From Candidatus Omnitrophota bacterium (GTDB taxonomy: Bacteria; Omnitrophota; Gorgyraeia; Tantalellales; Tantalellaceae): a stretch of DNA of 64,000 bases. Position numbers and translations under genes: made by a program. The first letter of the stretch is position 1. Each line of letters starts with the position of its first letter. The stretch lies in the NCBI GenBank assembly GCA_049643885.1, contig JBARQV010000020.1, positions 10,670 to 74,669 on the forward strand. The letters run 5' to 3'. Below are positions 22,001-34,000 of this stretch, in pieces. The notes under the pieces were generated by a model. It had not been told where the DNA came from, did no database searches, and saw only the letters and a list, made by a program, of their open reading frames with translations.

Positions 22001-25000
22001 AGGAAAGCGGGAAGAAAGGCATACAGGAGGGAGAATACGTCCTCGATAAAGACGGTATTTACAGTAGATCCACGGGCGTTCCCGGAGAATATGTGGTTAA
22101 ATTCGATAATATAATCACGGACAACGTTCCTGAAAAAGAGGTTATAGAGAGATTGCCTATGCCGCTGAAAGAAGCGCCCGGACCCGCGATATTAACGGGC
22201 GGTGTAATAGGCATCCCGCGATATTTAGGTACCAGTATCTTATCGCTCCTGAGAGGACTCAGGGACAGTATCGGTGATGCATGGGACTGGTTAATAGAAC
22301 GGCATCAATTGGTGCAGTCAAGATTCGTGACGTCCTGGAGAAATGTCTCGGGTATCGGGAGCGGACTTATTTTTGGTCTTTGGCTGTTAAGAAGAGCTCT
22401 TGGCATTCCCATGGACATCCTCAAATTCATATTTCATGATACAAAAAGACGTTTCGCTGTCCTGGGAGAGTGGATAAACGCGCGGTATAACAGAGCGATG
22501 TCCGAGATGGAACAGAGATGGAAAAGGGAAGACCCGAAGTACCAGCTCAGGGTTTACAGGCTTGAAGCGGTCGCAAAAGACAAGGACGCATCGTGGGCGT
22601 CAAAAGCCCTGGCGAATGTCAGATTATGGTGGCTTGGAAGGAGACTGGGGAGATGGAAGGGCACAGGATGGCATATTGCCCTGCGCGCGTATCAGGGCGC
22701 GCTGTTGGCCGCCAGAGCCGCCCAGGGGGTGTTATGGTTAGGGAAGAAAGCGGTACAACTTGTAACTTACGGGTGGTTTTACTGGCCCTGGTCAGCTTTG
22801 GATAAACGGCTCAAGGCCAGGCGGGCAAGAAGGGAAGTTGAACCAAAACCCGAAGAGGTCGTAAATATCCGGTTGCCTGATACTCTTCGCACGCCCGGGA
22901 AGCCTTCCGAAAAGGCCGAAGAAATAACAGATCTGGCCGAGAGTCTCACGGGCGAGAGGCTTTCCGGGGTTGAAAAGACAGGTCTCTTGGACAAGTTGCG
23001 GGAATACCTGGAGGCGGAAGGAGAGTACAGGTACGCATTAGGTTTCGGCGATGTCGGCGGGATAGCAAATATACTCGCCGATATGTACTTTTACGAAGTA
23101 AACAAAAAACCGGAGCATAAAGATTCTGCCGCCCGGTTGGGCCGCACGCTCTTTGGATTACACGAAAAAGAGGCGAAGGCCGCAAAAGAAGATGAAAAGA
23201 ATGAAATCCAGAAAAAGAAAGCCGAAAGGGCAAGGATACTCGCACAGAATTATATCGCCCTTGCGTCCGCATTAGACAAAAAAGACATTGACGTGAAAAC
23301 ACTCAGGGCGGTCACGCTGTACGCGGCCGGAGATAAGGAAGGCGCGAAAAAGATACTTGATAAGATAAAACTGGGTAATATACCCGACAGGGACGTCAGG
23401 AGGATGGCTTACGCTACTATGGCAAAGATGCTGGAGGATGAGAAGGATTATAATAGGGCCGCCGGTATGATCCAAAAAGCGAAGGGTTTGACGGAAGAAG
23501 ACAAAGTGACCGTGGCCGGTGAGGAGATAGAATTATCGGTGAAAAAACAGGGCGAACTTAAGAAACAGGCTTCGGAGAAAAAAGAAGAAAAAGTAAGCTT
23601 GCTTAATAGGGTAAAGAGGTTACTCTTCCCTGAAGCGGGGGCGTCTAAAAAACAAAAGGCAATAGGATTCGGGATATTTGTTGGGCTTTTCCTGCTCGCG
23701 ATATTGGCCCCGCAATTCCTGCCTCTTGTTTATTTGGGTTTTACGGCGCCTCCCGTTGTAACGGGCATTTGGAGCCTTGTTGCTATATCAGCACCGGTCT
23801 TTTATAACAAATTGCTTGTACAGTTAGCCATGTGGGTATTCAAGTACGCTGCAAGTCGGGTCAGGAACTGGACGACTAATAATTTTACACTGGGAAGGAT
23901 GTTGGCCCGCGAGATATCCGCCCAGAAGCGGGCGCCGGAGAAGGCAGAGCCGAGGATAAAACTTGTGAAAGCCTACGAGGAAGCGGGCGAGCAGAAAAAA
24001 GCGGAAAAACTTATCAAGAAAACCATGCGGATGATAAGAAAGGACCGCATGAGTCCGGAAGAAGCGGCGAAGTTTATAGAATATTTATTGGAGAAAGGCA
24101 AGGTTGACGAAGCGAAAGAACTTTTCATCCGCATTTATCCTCGCGTACCGGTCGATAAGGTTCCCGTGCCCTTACTGATACTCAGGGCGAAGATGGCCCT
24201 GAGAGATGAGCCGCTGGACCCGGTGAAAATGGCCGGTGAGCCGGAAGACCCGATCGAGATAGCCGCCGCAAGCGCCGACGGGGTCTTAAGCAGGGAACCT
24301 GAAAATGCCGAAGCGCTTTTATTGAAGGGCGAAGCCCTGGCCAAGAGATTTGAGAAGGAAGAGAAAAAAGATAAAAAGACGCCGGGCGAGTTCAATGATA
24401 TCCTCGCGAAATTGACAGAGCTTACAGAACGGGGGCTCCTGACTCCTGAACAGGAAAGGAGGGCCAGCGAGATGGAGATAGCCAAAGCCGTTAAGCCCGA
24501 AGATAGCGACAGGGCGGTCTGGAAAAAGGCCAAGGAGACAAAGGTCGGTGAGGCGGTCCCTGAAAAACCCAAGATGGCCGAAGAGCCTGCCAAGCCCGAA
24601 ACTCATAAGCCCGCGATGGAAGACCTGGAAAAGCTTAAAAAGGAGAAAAAGCTGAGCCCGTCAGATCGCCTTGCCCTTGCGGTGCTTTACATGGAAAACA
24701 AAGACTGGCGGAAAGCCCTTAATCTGCTACGGGCAATGCCGCAGGACGCGCCCGAGAAAGCCGAGGCTTTAAAGAGGATGGCCATGTGTTGCTACAGGAT
24801 GCTTGAGGATCCCAAATGGTGGTACCTCACATTGATAACGAGATTGAGGATGACGTCCGCGATAAACGGTCTGAGGAGTATCAAAGGGCAGGAAGAATGG
24901 GCCGACTGGATCGAAAGCACCATCAAAGGTTTTGACATTAGTAAGGCAAAGGCCGCGAGCGAGAAGATATCATATACTCCCAAACCCGAGGACAAAGAGC

Positions 25001-28000
25001 TGACCGGTGAACAAGGTTTAAATAACGAACTATTCACACTCGGCGTCGAAAGGGCCATCGCTTCAAAGAAGGACGAGATCGATACCGTCAATTGGGTGGG
25101 TGGCATTTTGAGCGAAGCGCAAATACCCGAAGCAGAAAAAGGGAAAATGCGGGCAAATCTGGACAAAAAGAAGAGCGCGGCTGCATCAAAGGAGTTACTC
25201 CGGGATATCCAGAAAGAGAAGAAAGCTAAATACGTGATGGTAAGTGATCTGCGAAAGCTAAGGAACAGAAAACGCAGGGCATTATCGGCGGATGAGAAAA
25301 TGTCTTTGGGTAGACAGATCGAAGAAACAGAAAAAGATATCAGTGACAAGCGCGCGAGGATATTGAAGATGTACACAGAACTCATCAATCAAAACGCGGG
25401 AAGGCCTGAGGTCATAGAGCAAGTAAGGAGGGAAATGGCCTCGGAGATCGGTGAGATAGCCGGTATGATGAAAAAAGAGGAAGATTTCACCCCGGAGAGA
25501 TTTACAAGCATCATTTTAAGCTTGGATGACAGGGTTTTGGTGGAAGATCTTTCGGAAGGAGGCAGGGATGCCTACGCTCTATTTTTAGAAAACTGGACAG
25601 AGTATATGGGGCAAAAACTGGGCATGTCCTATGAAAAAGACAAAGTGCCTGCAGAGCTTGAAGTAGGCAAAATGGACGTTTTCACGCAGCAAGTGACTAT
25701 GCTTCTTTTGATGTATCCCGGCGCAGATGAAAACCTTAAGCGGCAGATAGAAAAAATATTGAAAGAGATCTCCGGATTCAAGCTTTTCGGAAATTGGGAT
25801 AAAGAGGAAAAGGAATACACCCGGAAACCGATTTTTGACGTCATAGCCAGTATGATCCGTAGAAAAGATATCCCATCACTCCGCTTCCTTTGGGCGGGAC
25901 TCCAGATCGCGGAAGCCGGGAAAATAAGCAAAGATGATCTTAAAGAAAATCTCAAAGATAGGGCTGACGCGGCGCTACTTTTAAACGCGCCTTTAACCTC
26001 TTTAAAAAGCAAGGTTGTAGATCCCAAACAAGATGTAAGAGAAAAAGCGTTCAATCTGCTGTTATCTATAGTTAATTTCTGGTTCGGAGACGGCGCTGAT
26101 CGTGCGGTAGATGAATTGCTTGCTGAAATCATATCGAAAGAGACGCTTACCCCGGACGATATTAGCAGGATCCAGCGTGTGCTTGCTCAGGTAAGACTCA
26201 TGCCTGTTATGTATGATAATCAGAGGCAGTTTATCGAATATCTGGTGGGGTTAAAAGAGGTGCCTTTGAACAAGAAATTGGAAGCCATCGATAAGTGCGG
26301 TCTTTCGCCCAGGGAGAAGCTTGAGGTCCTGATCTCCTTAATGGAAAAAGAAAAGTTCACGGGAGACGACCTTTATATCGCCCTTGATAACCTGAAAAAA
26401 CGGACCGGCGAGGTCGAGCCGCAGGACCTGAAGGATCTTGAGAACAGTTTAACCAGGCTTCTAGAGGCTCTGCCCCCCGACAGGGATGCTCTTGTCAAGG
26501 GGATAGAAGTGATCAATGTTATTTCATCCAAAGCGACTAAGGAAATACCCATTGCCCACAAGGGTGTTTTTGAGACGTTAAGGCCCAGATTGGAAAAAGT
26601 TATGCTGGAAGAGATGAAGAAAAGCGAGAAGGCCGAGGTCGGACTTATGCTGGAAGAGATCGAACGCCAGGAAGCGATCGCGGCAAGGTTGGGGGAAATG
26701 GGTGAATACGGGCAAGCCCAGAAAATACTGGAAAAGGCGATCGAGCGTTTGAATGATGTGCTTAAAAAGAATATGGAATTAGCGCGAAAAGGAGAAGAGT
26801 TATATGCCAAAGACCAGGTCCTCAGGTTAGTAGACAAGGTTAATGTTCTTACCGGGAAGGTGACAGAGTTTTACAGAAGACAGGGTAAACATTACGAGGC
26901 GGAAATACTTGTTGTCAGGGGATACAGGCTCCTGGCCGAGTACGGGATAATCGTGGAAGGCCTGGCGGATGTTTCGGAATATACCCAGAAGGCCGAGGAA
27001 GCCCTGGTGAACGCGAACATGCTCAATCCCTACCAGCCGGAAGTCGCGCTGGAGATGATGAGGATAAAAGCTTTGAGTCTCAGGGTAGCGAGACGGGAGT
27101 TAGAAGAATCCGAAAAGTCTGTTAAAGAAGACGAAGAAAAAAAGGAAGAAATGGATTCTCAAATAGCGGCTTTGGATGAAGAGATAAACAAGGCAAAAAG
27201 TGATCTAGACCGCAAAAGAAGGATAAGAGATGCCGAGTTTGCCCTGAGGGAAGCCCAGGCGATAGCCGGTGACGAGCGCGCGGAGCAAAACATCCGCAGG
27301 CAGGAACTGGAAAAGGAAATGGAGCCTATAAAGGTCCCTGAAGATAAGAAAAGAGCCCTGGAGCGGGACAGGGCGGATGTTGAAGCCAGGCTGGACAAAG
27401 CGCGCAAGAAGAGAGACGCCTTAAAGAGTAGGGAAGTACACATACTTACTTATGAAAACGCGCCGATCGAAGAGGGGGCAGAATGGGCTTTTACGGTCTT
27501 GTCGAGGAGCGGGTATGACCGCGAAAAAGCGGAAGTAAAAGAAGCCATAGGATTTCTTGCTTCCCTGCCCGCCGGTTATGACGGCAGGATATTGAGCGGT
27601 ATAGGCCTTATGAGGACAAGGGCGGGCGCTTTGAGTGGGAAAGACAGGCATCAACGGGACGCTTTTATAGATAACCTTATTCTTGATATTTATTTCAGGG
27701 GAGATAAAACGAAGATGCTCGAGGCGATAGATAGTATAGTAAAAGCCGCCGAAGAAGGGAAAACCGAGATAAACATATTCGGCGGGGATTTCAATGTGAA
27801 CTTTGTCCTGGGATATATAGTGAATAAAATGAACCAGGTCATTAAAGAAGCTCCTGAAGAAGAAAAACAGAAACTGCAGAATGAACTTATCATCAAGCTG
27901 ATAGACGCGCTGAAGAGGATCCGGAGGCTTGATATGCCTTTCCTTGAAGCGGATCTATTCTCCAAAGTTTATACACAGCTGGAAGCCGAAAAAGACGAGG

Positions 28001-31000
28001 ATCTCAAAAAAGCCGACCAGTGGGATATGATGCTCAGGAGTCTTCAATTATTACTCCAGAAAAAAGGCCTGCCGGGAGACATCCGGACAGATAACGACCT
28101 GATGGAACTTATAATTGCCATGTTCGACAAATTAAGAAAGGATAAAAAGGAATGGGACAAGTTAGGCGAGCGCGACAAGACGGTGCTTGTAATGGATTTT
28201 AATATTGAAAGAGAGAGCGCGCCTGGCGAGATCGAATCTATTGTAGAAGAGAGAAAAGACACGGCAAGGCTTCCCATGTACCGAAGATTGGCTTCCTCCG
28301 GCGATATCGAGGAGAGGAAAGCGGGCATTATGGCTCTGGCTGAAATGGAAATGAAGAAAAGGGACCCGGATTATGATCTTGTAAGGGACCTGGCGGAAGA
28401 ACTTGCGGAACTTGATTCCAAAGAAACCAAAGCGAAGTGGTATCTTGCCTTTGCTTATTTCAGGGGCGGGAATAGGTTAACATCCGACGGTAAAGAAGTC
28501 GCAGGTTATTCAAGGGAAAAAGCCAAAAAGCTTATGGACGAATATCTAAAGACCCCGGAACCGGCGGAGGAAGCCCGCAGGCTCATGGGTGACATATACA
28601 AGGTGGAACAAAACGACAGGTTCGGGACTAATGTCAACTCCGAAGGGAATAATCCGGAAGCCTATAAATATTATATGGGCGCCGTGGAGCACCTGGTTAA
28701 GAGGTACAGGGAAGAGAGAGCCAAGGGGAACGATAAAAAGGCCAGCATGTACCTTATCGAAGCGATAGGCAACCTGGACATGGCCGTCACGACAAACCCG
28801 AGGAGCGGCGCCGTACGGGTGAAAAGATCCAGATTGCTCATGGATATGGGCGAGAACGATCTTGCCAGTATGGACATAGAGACCGTTACGCGTATCAGGG
28901 ATCTTAAGCCGGAAGAGAGACTTTTCGGGCTTATAGTTACAGAAGAAGACTTTAAGGAGGCGGACTTGATACAAGCGGACCTTGAGGGAAATAATGAAAA
29001 AGCGATAGATATATTGAAACCTAAGGGATGGTTTGCTTTCTTAAGGCGCGTTCCGGCGCGGGTAGCGGCAAGATTATCAGAAAGGTATGGCCGGCTTGGG
29101 GAAAAGAAATTGGCCGATAAATATAGAAAACTTGCGCTTAAAGCGGTCGAGAAACGTAAAGAAGAGATCGATACCGATATCTTGGATACTATGGCCGCAA
29201 GAAGGGAAGCTGAAGGGACTTATGAAAGCTTGACCGAAGCGATATCCTTGCGTGAGATGAGAAAAGGCCGGCCCGGCGTGAATGATGAAACCGAGAATAA
29301 GCGTATCGCCGGGCTTAAGATCAAGCTTGCGCGTGTTGAAGGTCCTATTTCCTTCTGGAAGAGAATAAGGTCCGCGGCCAGGCAGAAGGCGGCCCAGGAA
29401 GGCCGTGATGAAAGAAGGAAATTACTGAAGGAGGCGAGAGAAGCAGATGCCGAAAGGGCCGCGGAAATTGACGTTGCTTTTATGAATATCAATTACGAAG
29501 AGCTGGACCACCTGGAAGATCTTCAGGAGCAGTACGAAAACTACGCGAAAAAAGCCCGCTTCATGAAATTTATAAGCCGCAAACGCGAAGATGTAATGGA
29601 CAAGATATTGGAGCTGCGGGCCGATAACACGGAGCTGGTTTACGCGAAATTCGAAAGGAATGAAGTCCCCATCGGGGATGTAGAGGTCTTTCTGGAAAAC
29701 CTGGAAGAATATGCGCTTATTAAAGGGAGAAGCGTACCTGACAAATACAAAAAGGTGAGGGCTAATGCATTGGTCCAGAGGGGCAACCTGGCTTTTAAAG
29801 CAGGAAGGTATGCCGAGGCCCGTGATCTGTATAACGAGGCTATAGCGGAGGATCCCGCGAACTCAAAAGCGCATTTCGGGAAATATCAGGTCAGCAAGAC
29901 GTTGAGCGACAATTGGACTAACCTTACCTTTACAGAGCAGGCGGCAGAAGCCCTTAAACAGGCGCTTAAGCTCGATCCTTCTTTGGACGGCGCCGAATTG
30001 CAATATTCAGGGGAACTTATCGGGATCTACCTGGATCAGCTTGGAGATGCCGCTTCCGCGGATGAAGTAAGGCAAGCGATGTTAGCACGCGCTTTAAAGG
30101 AAGAGGTCGAACCGTCCAAAACGGTGATAAGCAGGGAGAAAGACAAGGCAAGCGCGCTTGATGCGATGGTGCGGGAGCAGATGGAATATGACGAACTGAA
30201 TAAGAGAATAAAGGAAAAAGAAAAAGAACTCGAAGCGATCACGAAAGGAGACAAAGATAAAAAAGGAGAGAGACCGGATTATGTCCGCCTGGAAGAAAGC
30301 ATCAAGATAGACAAAACGGTCAGAGACAAAAAAGAGGCTTCCCTGGAATCGAACAGAGGTGCTTTTGAAAGGCTTGCCGGGGATATGAAGATGTTCAACC
30401 AGGTGATAGGTAACGCTCGGGGCATGCCGGCGGATGAGGGAATAGCGTACCTGGAAGCGTTTTATTATCTCCTCGGTATCAATCGTTTACTTGAAGACAG
30501 AAACATCCGCGACCGGATCGATCTTGCCCTGGCGGAAGCGTATAACAAGAAAGGTGGTTTCGGTGAAGCGCGCGAAAAGGTCGATCTTCTTATAAACACA
30601 ACCGATATCCAAAGTATTATCTCAAGCATAGTATCAGATGATATTCCCGTTCCGGAAGGGTCACATCTCAAATTGGTCATCGAAGCCCTCATTCTCAGGG
30701 CCGGACTTTCACTTAAAACAGATAAACCGGAGAGATTCATGAGTGCTGTGTCGGACATGAACTCGGCTGTGCAGATCATCGCAATATATAATTTGATCTA
30801 TGGTACAAAATTGAGTGTCGGTGAAGCGTATGCGAGGTTCAACGATATACTCACGGAAGCCCGGAAAGCCGATGTGTCCATAGCCGATAATACGGATATG
30901 AAGCGTAATATATTCGGTATATTTATGGCCCTTGCCCGTCTCGGTGATGACGGAAATGCCGCGAGTAACGTAATGCAGGTGGCTTTATCGAGACCCGGCG

Positions 31001-34000
31001 ACAGGGATTCAGGTTCTTTTATAGTGGCTATGCTCGATGACAAGGGTGTCAGTGATATGATGAAGGAAAATATGATAAAGGGGCTTATCGACGACACAGT
31101 GAAGGAAGAGGAAAAGAAGGCATGGGTCAGGTCGATAGAAAGGATGCAGGATGTCCTTGGGTCCCTTAAAGAGTCGTATAACAAAGGTGTGAAAGCTGCG
31201 GCTATGATGGTCCTCGGTCTTATCGAGACGAGCAGAAGAAGGGCGAGACAGTTATTTAAAAAGGCTACCGCGCTGCAGGAAGAACTAAAGGAAGTTATTA
31301 GAAGGGGCAGGACGGCTGAATTTTACAGAAAGAGGGCGGAAAAAGCCTTCAGGGAGAGAAAATATAAAAGAGCCATAGCTAATTATGAAAAGGCCGTTTC
31401 GATGGACCCCGCGCTTAAGAAGGACGCCGTTCTTATGTTAGATCTGACCCGCTCATACCAAGGGGAAGCCGGGCGGTATAAAAGAGCGAGGAACAGGAGG
31501 AGAAATTTACCGAAACAGATGGAGATGCTGCAGAAGGCCCTGGAGACAGCACCTGATAACGAAAAGGCCGGGATAAGATCCGAGCTTATAGCGTCTTTAA
31601 GGGAATCCGCCGGGATCCGGATGAACAGGTACCGCTCAGCAAGGCCGTCCAGGAAACGCAGGGCCTTTCCGGCCCTAAGAAAGCAGATCTCGGAGCTGAA
31701 TTATCAAATAGGCAGCCTGCACCGTGAGAACGGTGAGACCAAAGAAGCTGAAGACGCTTTCCGGTTGGCCTCTAAATATGATCCGCAGAACGCTAAGGCG
31801 AGGACCGCGCTCGCGGAAATGGTAAAAGAAAAGGAGGAAAAGGCAGAAGCGGGAATGACGGGTGTGGAACTTCTGGTAAAGTCCATGCAAAAGAGAAGAG
31901 AAGGAGATCACAAAAAAGCGATAGCGCTTCTTGAGGAAGCCGTTAAGAGGGATAAAGAACTCGAAGACACGGTCAAACCCGATAAAGAAGCGATAGATTC
32001 CGTTGACAGGGGCATAGACCGCATACTCGATCATGAGATATTCAAGAAGTTAACAGGGGAGATGGCAAAAGCTGAAGTGGAGGGGAAAGATGACAAGTAT
32101 AAAGAAAAATTGCTCGACAAGTGGATGAATGAGCTTTCGGATGCATCAAAAAAGAGGGTAAGCGCGCGCAGGGCGATACTGGACAGGCATTTCATGGATA
32201 AAGAAGGCGACAGGTCGGATGAGGAAAAGAGGAAGAGATTTTTTGATATAGGGATGGACTTATTCAGAGAAGTCGGGGAGACCGAACCCAGTGTGCCGGC
32301 CGACAGGGATTCTTTCTTTAACCGGGCGCTGGTGGTAGCGCAAGAACTGTTAGAGCAAGGCAAGTTACGCAAGGCATATTATCTCGCCGATTTTGTCATG
32401 CGAAGGGATCCTGACGCAAAGAGAAGAGGAAGGGCCGCATTTCTTAAGGCGAGTTCATATATTAAGAGTGGCGATGATAAGGAAGGAAAAAACCTTGAAG
32501 AAGCGGAAAAATACTACGATGAAATAACAGATAAAAAGATGAGATCAGAGATCGCCCTGGGGATAGCCAATATGTATGCGGGGCGGAGCGGTGACCCCGA
32601 TCTTTTAAAAGCAGAACAAGCGGTGTTGAGAGGAGATGCTATCAATTATTACAGGCGGGCTATTGAAGACGATCCTTCGAACATAGCGGCGCTGGACGCG
32701 TTCATGGCTTTTTATGGAAGGGACAAAGCAGATGAAATATTCGCGGATAAAAATCTCGAACGCCTTAAAAATGCCCTGAAAACGGCGGTGGATATGGCGT
32801 TTTTGAGTTCTGTTGCCAGGGCCGCACTAAGCGGAGCGCCGAGTCCTGAAAAACTTGGCACACTCCGGGACATCTTAGACCGTATAAGGGCGTTACTGAC
32901 AGAGCCGGATATCGAGGAAAGGCCGTCCGATGCGGCAATTATAGATTTCCTGCGTAGCCTGACAAATTTACTGAAAGACACAAAGGCGAGGGTTTCCGAT
33001 AAAGAAGGAATTGCGGAAGTTGACAAAATAATCGATGCTATGAGTGATATCAGAAGCAGCATCGAGAAAGATGATGTTTACCGTGAGAACACCGGAATAA
33101 ATAACGTATTCACATTGTTGAACGCCCACTTGTATATGTACTCTGGCCGCGATGGGTCTGCGGAGATCGAAAAGGTCACTGTACAAACCGATGACGACAG
33201 GGCTGAAGTGATCTTTGCCCGTCTCAGGGGGATGCTAGCGCCCGATAAGCCGGATATTCAGGGAGCCGAGCTGGCGCTGAAGAGGTTGACTAAAGCAGAT
33301 CCTGAGGCAACACCCCGCGCCAGGCGCCAGATCGCGGAAGCGCTGTTCATTGTCGCAACAAAAACAAAAGATATATCCGATACCGATAAAGCGGAATATC
33401 TTGAAAGAGCCCTCCAGCTTTGGCCTGAATTTAAAGACGCCCACAGGGAATTTGCCGGTCTTTTTGCTAAGACAGGCAACACGGAAAGAGAAGCATATCA
33501 CCGTGGCCAGGTAAAAGCTATTGGAGACAGGATAATTATGCCACTCGCGATAGAGCCGAGCGGAATAGGGAAGGAACTGTTAAAGCATGGCGTAAAGGCA
33601 CCTTTGCTAGAAAGGTCTCTTTACTTTGCCGTACCGCTGCTTGCTGTATTTTTGGCCGGCGGTATTGCGACATGGGGTCTCGGTGCTTTCGGTTTCTTTC
33701 TGCTTCCGCTCGGCCCTGTCTTTAATACGGGATTTGCCCTGGGCGCCGCCGTATTCATTCCTAGTTTTGTTAAGGCGCATAAAGAAGGAAAACCGGCAGC
33801 CATGGCTGTTTCAATTACCAGTGTAGCGTTGCCTCTTCTCTTTAGTCTGTCACCGCTTGTGTATATTGCTCTTGCGATAGCGGCGCACTCCGCGGTCAAT
33901 CTCATCATTTTCGGCATCAACCGTTACGCGGGTGAGAAAGTATTAAGCTATGCCTCGGCGGAAAGGATAATCAGCCGCGAAACCGGTTTTCCGCAGGAAA

